DNA from: Utricularia gibba
Lineage: Eukaryota; Plantae; Magnoliophyta
Length of the DNA stretch: 23,221 nt
Direction: 5' to 3'
NCBI GenBank assembly: GCA_002189035.1
Contig: NEEC01000471.1
Location: forward strand, 1-23,221
Position 1 is the first letter of the stretch. Each line of letters starts with the position of its first letter. Below the pieces are notes generated by a model. The model was not told where the DNA came from. It did no database searches and saw only the letters and a list, made by a program, of their open reading frames with translations. Both the position numbers and the translations under genes were made by a program. Below are positions 1 through 10,921 of this stretch, piece by piece.

Positions 1-20
1 ATGCGTGGAGATTAGACCAG

Positions 21-123
21 CACTGATGCGCACGTCCATAGGACCGTAAAGTCCAACCCATGGACTCTAGCCAAGTACTTCACCACTGATGTGTCGTCCA
101 ACGATACGAAGGGGGTACATCAG
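21..123. other. Hairpin cluster containing an imperfect ~63 bp-spaced internal duplication (repeated in each copy; copy 9 retains only its 5' part)
   Basis: CACTGATGCGCACGTCCA (21-38) resembles CACTGATGTGTCGTCCA (84-100). Stems seen: GTCC/GGAC 34-44, AGTCC/GGACT 50-66, GTGTCGT/ACGATAC 91-107 (one G-T pair) and CTGATGT/ACATCAG 86-123. Function unknown. Confidence 0.6.
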
Positions 124-256
124 GATCAATGATGCAGGGTTGTAACATCAACGACCAAGTACTTCTTAGTTTTTCCTATTGCTTTCCCTTATGATCTTCC
201 ATGGAAACAAAGTGAGACTTACGCAGAGGAGTCACGAGTTCACTCCATGGCGGATC

Positions 257-268
257 ATGGTGCACCAT
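257..268. other. Perfect 12 bp palindrome ATGGTGCACCAT (one per monomer)
   Basis: The sequence equals its own reverse complement; it is the longest perfect palindrome I found in the monomer. Confidence 0.85.
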
Positions 269-3200
269 CGCTACTCGTTTGAGGGTGTTTTGTTGTGCAA
301 CAAACTCAGCCAGCATCCAATGAATACTAGAATGTGGCCAAGACACTCCATGTACTTTCCCGATCTCCAACAACGTGCGTTGGAAACATTAACATTTTCG
401 GATTCATTCTACGGAGCACATACGATGTGGATGTGCTATCCAGCCGTTAGATGGCTACCACCCCGACCTCCTGAATATTTGGACACGAAAGTGGGCATGC
501 CGCTATACGTTTGGGAGGAGAAAACCTTCGACCATACAGGTTAAAGGATGTCATCTATATCAAACATACGTTGCGAGCCACGTAAGCTACTATTGAGTGG
601 ACATCATTGAATGAGAAATGAGTCATAGAGCATCGAAGAACATATCGTCGTGGATCCAGAGTGTAGCCACTCCTAACCCAAAGTCCATAACTCGACCACC
701 CAGCACTTGTGCTTCGAATCCACATAGCTCACGGAACAAACGCACACCTCCCCTTATAATTCGACCCCCATGGCATCCACTCCTGATGCAAAATTCCATT
801 CTCCCTCCAGGCTTTGCAAAGAAGCGGGTAACGTGGAATGGATCGGTATTGCTTCGCAAGCAGGTCACGCCTTGCAACATGCATACTTCATACCTTACGA
901 CATTCCAATGCCTGACCTCCGGATGCCTTTTACCCAGATTGTGGATGGACATAGAGAAGGGATCACTCGGTTAAGCAATCGTTAAAGCCGCGTGCGCAAC
1001 ACGCGAGTGTGTTTTCCGTATGCTAACGGCTTGACCATCATCCGATTGAGCATACTGCTCGTGCACCTTTACGAGTGTAGCCAATTTTCCGTCCTCACTT
1101 TCAACCAGGTCCGATGCAACGTACAAAGATGAATGGGTGGTCGTCTTCCCTCAAGCATCGACACGATTCAACGGGTTGATGGTCTCTAGTGCAAACTCCC
1201 ACGCTCTTTTAGGCGTTCACATCCATGCGCACTACTTCCTTTCTTTTCTCCGTTGCTGGACGGGCCTCGCAAGCTTTGCCGTTACCTTCAGGTGTTCTGG
1301 ACTCCTTAGCGAATGACTGGACAAGGAGACCGTTGGTCTATTATCGCGGCCGTTGAAAGATATGAGGATGCGTGGAGATTAGACCAGCACTGATGCGCAC
1401 GTCCATAGGACCGTAAAGTCCAACCCATGGACTCTAACCAAGTACTTCACCACTGATGTGTCGTCCAACGATACGAAGGGGGTACATCAGGATCAATGAT
1501 GCAGGGTTGTAACACCAACGATACCAGTACTTCTTAGTTTTCCTATTGCTTTCCCTTATGATCTTCCATGGAAACAAAGTGAGACTTACGCAGAGGAGTC
1601 ACGAGTTCACTCCATGGCGGATCATGTGCACCATCGCTACTCGTTTGAGGGTGTTTTGTTGTGCAACAAACTCAGCCAGCATCCAATGAATACTAGAATG
1701 TGGCCAAGGACACTCCATGTACTTTCCCGATCTCCAACAACGTGCGTTGGAAACATTAACATTTTCGGATTCATTCTACGGAGCACATACGATGTGGATG
1801 TGCTATCCAGCCGTTAGATGGCTACCACCCCGACCTCCTGAATATTTGGACACGAAAGTGGGCATGCCGCTATACGTTTGGGAGGAGAAAACCTTCGACC
1901 ATACAGGTTAAAGGATGTCATCTATATCAAACATACGTTGCGAGCCACGTAAGCTACTATTGAGTGGACATCATTGAATGAGAAATGAGTCATAGAGCAT
2001 CGAAGAACATATCGGTCGTGGATCCAGAGTGTAGCCACTCCTAACCCAAAGTCCATAACTCGACCACCCAGCACTTGTGCTTCGAATCCACATAGCTCAC
2101 GGAACAAACGCACACGTCCCCTTATAATTCGACCCCCATGGCATCCACTCCTGATGCAAAATTCCATTCTCCCTCCAGGCTTTGCAAAGAAGCGGGTAAC
2201 GTGTGGAATGGATCGGTATTGCTTCGCAAGCAGGTCACGCCTTGCAACATGCATACTTCATACCTTACGACATTCCAATGCCTGACCTCCGGATGCCTTT
2301 TACCCAGATTGTGGATGGAGATAGAGAAGGGATCACTCGGTTAAGCAATCGTTAAAGCCGCGTGCGCAACACGCGAGTGTGTTTTCCGTATGCTAACGGC
2401 TTGACCATCATCCGATTCAGCATACTGCTCGTGCACCTTTACGAGTGTAGCCAATTTTCCGTCCTCACTTTCAACCAGGTCCGATGCAACGTACAAAGAT
2501 GAATGGGTGGTCGTCTTCCCTCAAGCATCGACACGATTCAACGGGTTGATGGTCTCTAGTGCAAACTCCCACGCTCTTTTAGGCGTTCACATCCATGCGC
2601 ACTACTTCCTTTCTTTTCTCCGTTGCTGGACGGGCCTCGCAAGCTTTGCCGTTACCTTCAGGTGTTCTGGACTCCTTAGCGAATGGACTGGACAAGGAGA
2701 CCGTTGGTCTATTATCGCGGCCGTTGAAAGATATGAGGATGCGTGGAGATTAGACCAGCACTGATGCGCACGTCCATAGGACCGTAAAGTCCAACCCATG
2801 GACTCTAACCAAGTACTTCACCACTGATGTGTCGTCCAACGATACGAAGGGGGTACATCAGGATCAATGATGCAGTTGTAACATCAATCCCATACTTCTT
2901 TTTTCCTATTGCTTTCCGTCCATGGAAACAAAGTGAGACTTACGCAGAGGAGTCACGAGTTCACTCCATGGCGGATCATGGTCATCGCTACTCGTTTGAG
3001 GTGTTTTGTGTGCAACAAACTCAGCCAGCATCCAATGAATACTAGAATGTGGCCAAGGACACTCCATGTACTTTCCCGATCTCCAACAACGTGCGTTGGA
3101 AACATTAACATTTTCGGATTCATTCTACGGAGCACATACGATGTGGATGTGCTATCCAGCCGTTAGATGGCTACCACCCGACCTCCTGAATATTTGGACA

Positions 3201-4082
3201 CGAAAGTGGGCATGCCGCTATACGTTTGGGAGGAGAAAACCTTCGACCATACAGGTTAAAGATGTCATCTATATCAAACATACGTTGCGAGCCACGTAAG
3301 CTACTATTGAGTGGACATCATTGAATGAGAAATGAGTCATAGAGCATCGAAGAACATATCGGTCGTGGATCCAGAGTGTAGCCACTCCTAACCCAAAGTC
3401 CATAACTCGACCACCCAGCACTTGTGCTTCGAATCCACATAGCTCACGGAACAAACGCACACGTCCCCTTATAATTCGACCCCCATGGCATCCACTCCTG
3501 ATGCAAAATTCCATTCTCCCTCCAGGCTTTGCAAAGAAGCGGGTAACGTGGAATGGATCGGTATTGCTTCGCAAGCAGGTCACGCCTTGCAACATGCATA
3601 CTTCATACCTTACGACATCCAATGCCTGACCTCCGGATGCCTTTTACCCAGATTGTGGATGGAGATAGAGAAGGGATCACTCGGTTAAGCAATCGTTAAA
3701 GCCGCGTGCGCAACACGCGAGTGTGTTTTCCGTATGCTAACGGCTTGACCATCATCCGATTGAGCATACTGCTCGTGCACCTTTACGAGTGTAGCCAATT
3801 TTCCGTCCTCACTTTCAACCAGGTCCGATGCAACGTACAAAGATGAATGGGTGGTCGTCTTCCCTCAAGCATCGACACGATTCAACGGGTTGATGGTCTC
3901 TAGTGCAAACTCCCACGCTCTTTTAGGCGTTCACATCCATGCGCACTACTTCCTTTCTTTTCTCCGTTGCTGGACGGGCCTCGCAAGCTTTGCCGTTACC
4001 TTCAGGTGTTCTGGACTCCTTAGCGAATGGACTGGACAAGGAGACCGTTGGTCTATTATCGCGGCCGTTGAAAGATATGAGG

Positions 4083-5453
4083 ATGCGTGGAGATTAGACC
4101 AGCACTGATGCGCACGTCCATAGGACCGTAAAGTCCAACCCATGGACTCTAGCCAAGTACTTCACCACTGATGTGTCGTCCAACGATACGAAGGGGGTAC
4201 ATCAGGATCAATGATGCAGGGTTGTAACATCAACGATCCCAGTACTTCTTAGTTTTTCCTATTGCTTTCCCTTATGATCTTCCATGGAAACAAAGTGAGA
4301 CTTACGCAGAGGAGTCACGAGTTCACTCCATGGCGGATCATGGTGCACCATCGCTACTCGTTTGAGGGTGTTTTGTTGTGCAACAAACTCAGCCAGCATC
4401 CAATGAATACTAGAATGTGGCCAAGGACACTCCATGTACTTTCCCGATCTCCAACAACGTGCGTTGGAAACATTAACATTTTCGGATTCATTCTACGGAG
4501 CACATACGATGTGGATGTGCTATCCAGCCGTTAGATGGCTACCACCCCGACCTCCTGAATATTTGGACACGAAAGTGGGCATGCCGCTATACGTTTGGGA
4601 GGAGAAAACCTTCGACCATACAGGTTAAAGGATGTCATCTATATCAAACATACGTTGCGAGCCACGTAAGCTACTATTGAGTGGACATCATTGAATGAGA
4701 AATGAGTCATAGAGCATCGAAGAACATATCGGTCGTGGATCCAGAGTGTAGCCACTCCTAACCCAAAGTCCATAACTCGACCACCCAGCACTTGTGCTTC
4801 GAATCCACATAGCTCACGGAACAAACGCACACCTCCCCTTATAATTCGACCCCCATGGCATCCACTCCTGATGCAAAATTCCATTCTCCCTCCAGGCTTT
4901 GCAAAGAAGCGGGTAACGTGGAATGGATCGGTATTGCTTCGCAAGCAGGTCACGCCTTGCAACATGCATACTTCATACCTTACGACATTCCAATGCCTGA
5001 CCTCCGGATGCCTTTTACCCAGATTGTGGATGGAGATAGAGAAGGGATCACTCGGTTAAGCAATCGTTAAAGCCGCGTGCGCAACACGCGAGTGTGTTTT
5101 CCGTATGCTAACGGCTTGACCATCATCCGATTCAGCATACTGCTCGTGCACCTTTACGAGTGTAGCCAATTTTCCGTCCTCACTTTCAACCAGGTCCGAT
5201 GCAACGTACAAAGATGAATGGGTGGTCGTCTTCCCTCAAGCATCGACACGATTCAACGGGTTGATGGTCTCTAGTGCAAACTCCCACGCTCTTTTAGGCG
5301 TTCACATCCATGCGCACTACTTCCTTTCTTTTCTCCGTTGCTGGACGGGCCTCGCAAGCTTTGCCGTTACCTTCAGGTGTTCTGGACTCCTTAGCGAATG
5401 GACTGGACAAGGAGACCGTTGGTCTATTATCGCGGCCGTTGAAAGATATGAGG
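4083..5453. repeat. Representative near-consensus monomer (copy 4, 1371 bp)
   Basis: Few private indels. Accounting for indels in copies 4-8 and 10 gives a monomer of 1370 bp with the short variable-cassette allele or 1372 bp with the long allele; this copy has an intermediate 22-nt cassette. The start phase is arbitrary. Confidence 0.9.
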
Positions 5454-8400
5454 ATGCGTGGAGATTAGACCAGCACTGATGCGCACGTCCATAGGACCGT
5501 AAAGTCCAACCCATGGACTCTAGCCAAGTACTTCACCACTGATGTGTCGTCCAACGATACGAAGGGGGGTACATCAGGATCAATGATGCAGGGTTGTAAC
5601 ACCAACGATCCCATACTTCTTAGTTTTTCCTATTGCTTTCCCTTATGATCTTCCATGGAAACAAAGTGAGACTTACGCAGAGGAGTCACGAGTTCACTCC
5701 ATGGCGGATCATGGTGCACCATCGCTACTCGTTTGAGGTGTTTTGTTGTGCAACAAACTCAGCCAGCATCCAATGAATACTAGAATGTGGCCAAGGACAC
5801 TCCATGTACTTTCCCGATCTCCAACAACGTTGGAAACATTAACATTTTCGGATTCATTCTACGGAGCACATACGATGTGGATGTGCTATCCAGCCGTTAG
5901 ATGGCTACCACCCCGACCTCCTGAATATTTGGACACGAAAGTGGGCATGCCGCTATACGTTTGGGAGGAGAAAACCTTCGACCATACAGGTTAAAGGATG
6001 TCATCTATATCAAACATACGTTGCGAGCCACGTAAGCTACTATTGAGTGGACATCATTGAATGAGAAATGAGTCATAGAGCATCGAAGAACATATCGTCG
6101 TGGATCCAGAGTGTAGCCACTCCTAACCCAAAGTCCATAACTCGACCACCCAGCACTTGTGCTTCGAATCCACATAGCTCACGGAACAAACGCACACCTC
6201 CCCTTATAATTCGACCCCCATGGCATCCACTCCTGATGCAAAATTCCATTCTCCCTCCAGGCTTTGCAAAGAAGCGGGTAACGTGGAATGGATCGGTATT
6301 GCTTCGCAAGCAGGTCACGCCTTGCAACATGCATACTTCATACCTTACGACATTCCAATGCCTGACCTCCGGATGCCTTTTACCCAGATTGTGGATGGAC
6401 ATAGAGAAGGGATCACTCGGTTAAGCAATCGTTAAAGCCGCGTGCGCAACACGCGAGTGTGTTTTCCGTATGCTAACGGCTTGACCATCATCCGATTGAG
6501 CATACTGCTCGTGCACCTTTACGAGTGTAGCCAATTTTCCGTCCTCACTTTCAACCAGGTCCGATGCAACGTACAAAGATGAATGGGTGGTCGTCTTCCC
6601 TCAAGCATCGACACGATTCAACGGGTTGATGGTCTCTAGTGCAAACTCCCACGCTCTTTTAGGCGTTCACATCCATGCGCACTACTTCCTTTCTTTTCTC
6701 CGTTGCTGGACGGGCCTCGCAAGCTTTGCCGTTACCTTCAGGTGTTCTGGACTCCTTAGCGAATGGACTGGACAAGGAGACCGTTGGTCTATTATCGCGG
6801 CCGTTGAAAGATATGAGGATGCGTGGAGATTAGACCAGCACTGATGCGCACGTCCATAGGACCGTAAAGTCCAACCCATGGACTCTAGCCAAGTACTTCA
6901 CCACTGATGTGTCGTCCAACGATACGAAGGGGGTACATCAGGATCAATGATGCAGGGTTGTAACATCAACGATCCCATACTTCTTAGTTTTTCCTATTGC
7001 TTTCCCTTATGATCTTCCATGGAAACAAAGTGAGACTTACGCAGAGGAGTCACGAGTTCACTCCATGGCGGATCATGGTGCACCATCGCTACTCGTTTGA
7101 GGGTGTTTTGTTGTGCAACAAACTCAGCCAGCATCCAATGAATACTAGAATGTGGCCAAGGACACTCCATGTACTTTCCCGATCTCCAACAACGTGCGTT
7201 GGAAACATTAACATTTTCGGATTCATTCTACGGAGCACATACGATGTGGATGTGCTATCCAGCCGTTAGATGGCTACCACCCCGACCTCCTGAATATTTG
7301 GACACGAAAGTGGGCATGCCGCTATACGTTTGGGAGGAGAAAACCTTCGACCATACAGGTTAAAGGATGTCATCTATATCAAACATACGTTGCGAGCCAC
7401 GTAAGCTACTATTGAGTGGACATCATTGAATGAGAAATGAGTCATAGAGCATCGAAGAACATATCGTCGTGGATCCAGAGTGTAGCCACTCCTAACCCAA
7501 AGTCCATAACTCGACCACCCAGCACTTGTGCTTCGAATCCACATAGCTCACGGAACAAACGCACACGTCCCCTTATAATTCGACCCCCATGGCATCCACT
7601 CCTGATGCAAATTCCATTCTCCCTCCAGGCTTTGCAAAGAAGCGGGTAACGTGGAATGGATCGGTATTGCTTCGCAAGCAGGTCACGCCTTGCAACATGC
7701 ATACTTCATACCTTACGACATTCCAATGCCTGACCTCCGGATGCCTTTTACCCAGATTGTGGATGGACATAGAGAAGGGATCACTCGGTTAAGCAATCGT
7801 TAAAGCCGCGTGCGCAACACGCGAGTGTGTTTTCCGTATGCTAACGGCTTGACCATCATCCGATTGAGCATACTGCTCGTGCACCTTTACGAGTGTAGCC
7901 AATTTTCCGTCCTCACTTTCAACCAGGTCCGATGCAACGTACAAAGATGAATGGGTGGTCGTCTTCCCTCAAGCATCGACACGATTCAACGGGTTGATGG
8001 TCTCTAGTGCAAACTCCCACGCTCTTTTAGGCGTTCACATCCATGCGCACTACTTCCTTTCTTTTCTCCGTTGCTGGACGGGCCTCGCAAGCTTTGCCGT
8101 TACCTTCAGGTGTTCTGGACTCCTTAGCGAATGGACTGGACAAGGAGACCGTTGGTCTATTATCGCGGCCGTTGAAAGATATGAGGATGCGTGGAGATTA
8201 GACCAGCACTGATGCGCACGTCCATAGGACCGTAAAGTCCAACCCATGGACTCTAGCCAAGTACTTCACCACTGATGTGTCGTCCAACGATACGAAGGGG
8301 GTACATCAGGATCAATGATGCAGGGTTGTAACACCACAGGATACCCATACTTCTTAGTTTTTCCTATTGCTTTCCCTTATGATCTTCCATGGAAACAAAG

Positions 8401-10921
8401 TGAGACTTACGCAGAGGAGTCACGAGTTCACTCCATGGCGGATCATGGTGCACCATCGCTACTCGTTTGAGGGTGTTTTGTTGTGCAACAAACTCAGCCA
8501 GCATCCAATGAATACTAGAATGTGGCCAAGGACACTCCATGTACTTTCCCGATCTCCAACAACGTGCGTTGGAAACATTAACATTTTCGGATTCATTCTA
8601 CGGAGCACATACGATGTGGATGTGCTATCCAGCCGTTAGATGGCTACCACCCCGACCTCCTGAATATTTGGACACGAAAGTGGGCATGCCGCTATACGTT
8701 TGGGAGGAGAAAACCTTCGACCATACAGGTTAAAGGATGTCATCTATATCAAACATACGTTGCGAGCCACGTAAGCTACTATTGAGTGGACATCATTGAA
8801 TGAGAAATGAGTCATAGAGCATCGAAGAACATATCGGTCGTGGATCCAGAGTGTAGCCACTCCTAACCCAAAGTCCATAACTCGACCACCCAGCACTTGT
8901 GCTTCGAATCCACATAGCTCACGGAACAAACGCACACTCCCCTTATAATTCGACCCCCATGGCATCCACTCCTGATGCAAAATTCCATTCTCCCTCCAGG
9001 CTTTGCAAAGAAGCGGGTAACGTGGAATGGATCGGTATTGCTTCGCAAGCAGGTCACGCCTTGCAACATGCATACTTCATACCTTACGACATTCCAATGC
9101 CTGACCTCCGGATGCCTTTTACCCAGATTGTGGATGGAGATAGAGAAGGGATCACTCGGTTAAGCAATCGTTAAAGCCGCGTGCGCAACACGCGAGTGTG
9201 TTTTCCGTATGCTAACGGCTTGACCATCATCCGATTCAGCATACTGCTCGTGCACCTTTACGAGTGTAGCCAATTTTCCGTCCTCACTTTCAACCAGGTC
9301 CGATGCAACGTACAAAGATGAATGGGTGGTCGTCTTCCCTCAAGCATCGACACGATTCAACGGGTTGATGGTCTCTAGTGCAAACTCCCACGCTCTTTTA
9401 GGCGTTCACATCCATGCGCACTACTTCCTTTCTTTTCTCCGTTGCTGGACGGGCCTCGCAAGCTTTGCCGTTACCTTCAGGTGTTCTGGACTCCTTAGCG
9501 AATGGACTGGACAAGGAGACCGTTGGTCTATTATCGCGGCCGTTGAAAGATATGAGGATGCGTGGAGATTAGACCAGCACTGATGCGCACGTCCATAGGA
9601 CCGTAAAGTCCAACCCATGGACTCTAACCTTCACCACTGATGTGTCGTCCAACGATACGAAGGGGGTACATCAGGATCAATGATGCAGGGTTGTAACATC
9701 AACGATCCCATACTTCTTAGTTTTTCCTATTGCTTTCCCTTATGATCTTCCATGGAAACAAAGTGAGACTTACGCAGAGGAGTCACGAGTTCACTCCATG
9801 GCGGATCATGGTGCACCATCGCTACTCGTTTGAGGGTGTTTTGTTGTGCAACAAACTCAGCCAGCATCCAATGAATACTAGAATGTGGCCAAGGACACTC
9901 CATGTACTTTCCCGATCTCCAACAACGTGCGTTGGAAACATTAACATTTTCGGATTCATTCTACGGAGCACATACGATGTGGATGTGCTATCCAGCCGTT
10001 AGATGGCTACCACCCCGACCTCCTGAATATTTGGACACGAAAGTGGGCATGCCGCTATACGTTTGGGAGGAGAAAACCTTCGACCATACAGGTTAAAGGA
10101 TGTCATCTATATCAAACATACGTTGCGAGCCACGTAAGCTACTATTGAGTGGACATCATTGAATGAGAAATGAGTCATAGAGCATCGAAGAACATATCGG
10201 TCGTGGATCCAGAGTGTAGCCACTCCTAACCCAAAGTCCATAACTCGACCACCCAGCACTTGTGCTTCGAATCCACATAGCTCACGGAACAAACGCACAC
10301 CTCCCCTTATAATTCGACCCCCATGGCATCCACTCCTGATGCAAAATTCCATTCTCCCTCCAGGCTTTGCAAAGAAGCGGGTAACGTGGAATGGATCGGT
10401 ATTGCTTCGCAAGCAGGTCACGCCTTGCAACATGCATACTTCATACCTTACGACATTCCAATGCCTGACCTCCGGATGCCTTTTACCCAGATTGTGGATG
10501 GAGATAGAGAAGGGATCACTCGGTTAAGCAATCGTTAAAGCCGCGTGCGCAACACGCGAGTGTGTTTTCCGTATGCTAACGGCTTGACCATCATCCGATT
10601 CAGCATACTGCTCGTGCACCTTCACGAGTGTAGCCAATTTTCCGTCCTCACTTTCAACCAGGTCCGATGCAACGTACAAAGATGAATGGGTGGTCGTCTT
10701 CCCTCAAGCATCGACACGATTCAACGGGTTGATGGTCTCTAGTGCAAACTCCCACGCTCTTTTAGGCGTTCACATCCATGCGCACTACTTCCTTTCTTTT
10801 CTCCGTTGCTGGACGGGCCTCGCAAGCTTTGCCGTTACCTTCAGGTGTTCTGGACTCCTTAGCGAATGGACTGGACAAGGAGACCGTTGGTCTATTATCG
10901 CGGCCGTTGAAAGATATGAGG

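Noticed and set aside
50-72. Helitron 3' end (hairpin then CTAG/CTAA) in a tandem Helitron array
   Set aside because: The hairpin abuts CTRR instead of lying ~10-15 nt upstream, and the next bases are CC rather than the 5'-TC expected at a head-to-tail junction.
137-150. Kinetoplast minicircle (GGGTTGTAA versus the universal sequence GGGGTTGGTGTA) or spliced-leader array
   Set aside because: Only partial matches, no correctly spaced conserved sequence blocks, GC is too high, and no known spliced-leader exon was found.
309-338. Begomovirus alpha/betasatellite or other CRESS circle (similar size; minus-strand TAGTATTCA in a weak stem-loop)
   Set aside because: Only 7/9 match to TAGTATTAC, the stem is a bulged 7 bp, and there is no Rep-length ORF or A-rich region.
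657-731. tRNA or tRNA-derived SINE (TGTG-C-TTCGAAT-C-CACA resembles a T arm)
   Set aside because: The G53 position is C, and no acceptor stem, D stem or proper A box can be formed.
176-985. Short ORFs (60-134 aa) recurring in every monomer, e.g. MYFPDLQQ..., MASTPDAK..., MLQGVTC..., MVVFPQAS...
   Set aside because: They overlap on both strands, have no recognisable domain, and their lengths change with indels; many lack a true ATG. Not called as CDS. The GMPLYVWEEKTF segment faintly recalls plant LINE ORF1 (DUF4283-region) motifs but is too short to support.
1237-1253. LTR retrotransposon polypurine tract (minus-strand GGAGAAAAGAAAGGAAG; also purine runs near 513 and 945)
   Set aside because: No adjacent TG...CA boundary, primer-binding site or coding remnant.
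1366-1447. 5S rRNA tandem unit (GGATGCG...ACCAGCACTGATGC resembles the plant 5S 5' end)
   Set aside because: Similarity fades after ~30 nt; the internal A and C boxes and the terminal stem are missing.
4098-5235. Long ORFs under alternative genetic codes (176 codons on plus with TGA=Trp; 306 codons on minus with TAA/TAG=Gln)
   Set aside because: Lengths are not far above chance once stop codons are removed, the plus frame depends on the cassette indel, and neither product is recognisable.
4083-5453. Obelisk or deltavirus-like rod-shaped circular RNA
   Set aside because: A spot check (monomer positions 1-120 against the rest) found only local hairpins and scattered matches up to 8 bp, and no ~200 aa ORF exists. 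A full fold of the circular monomer was not possible here.
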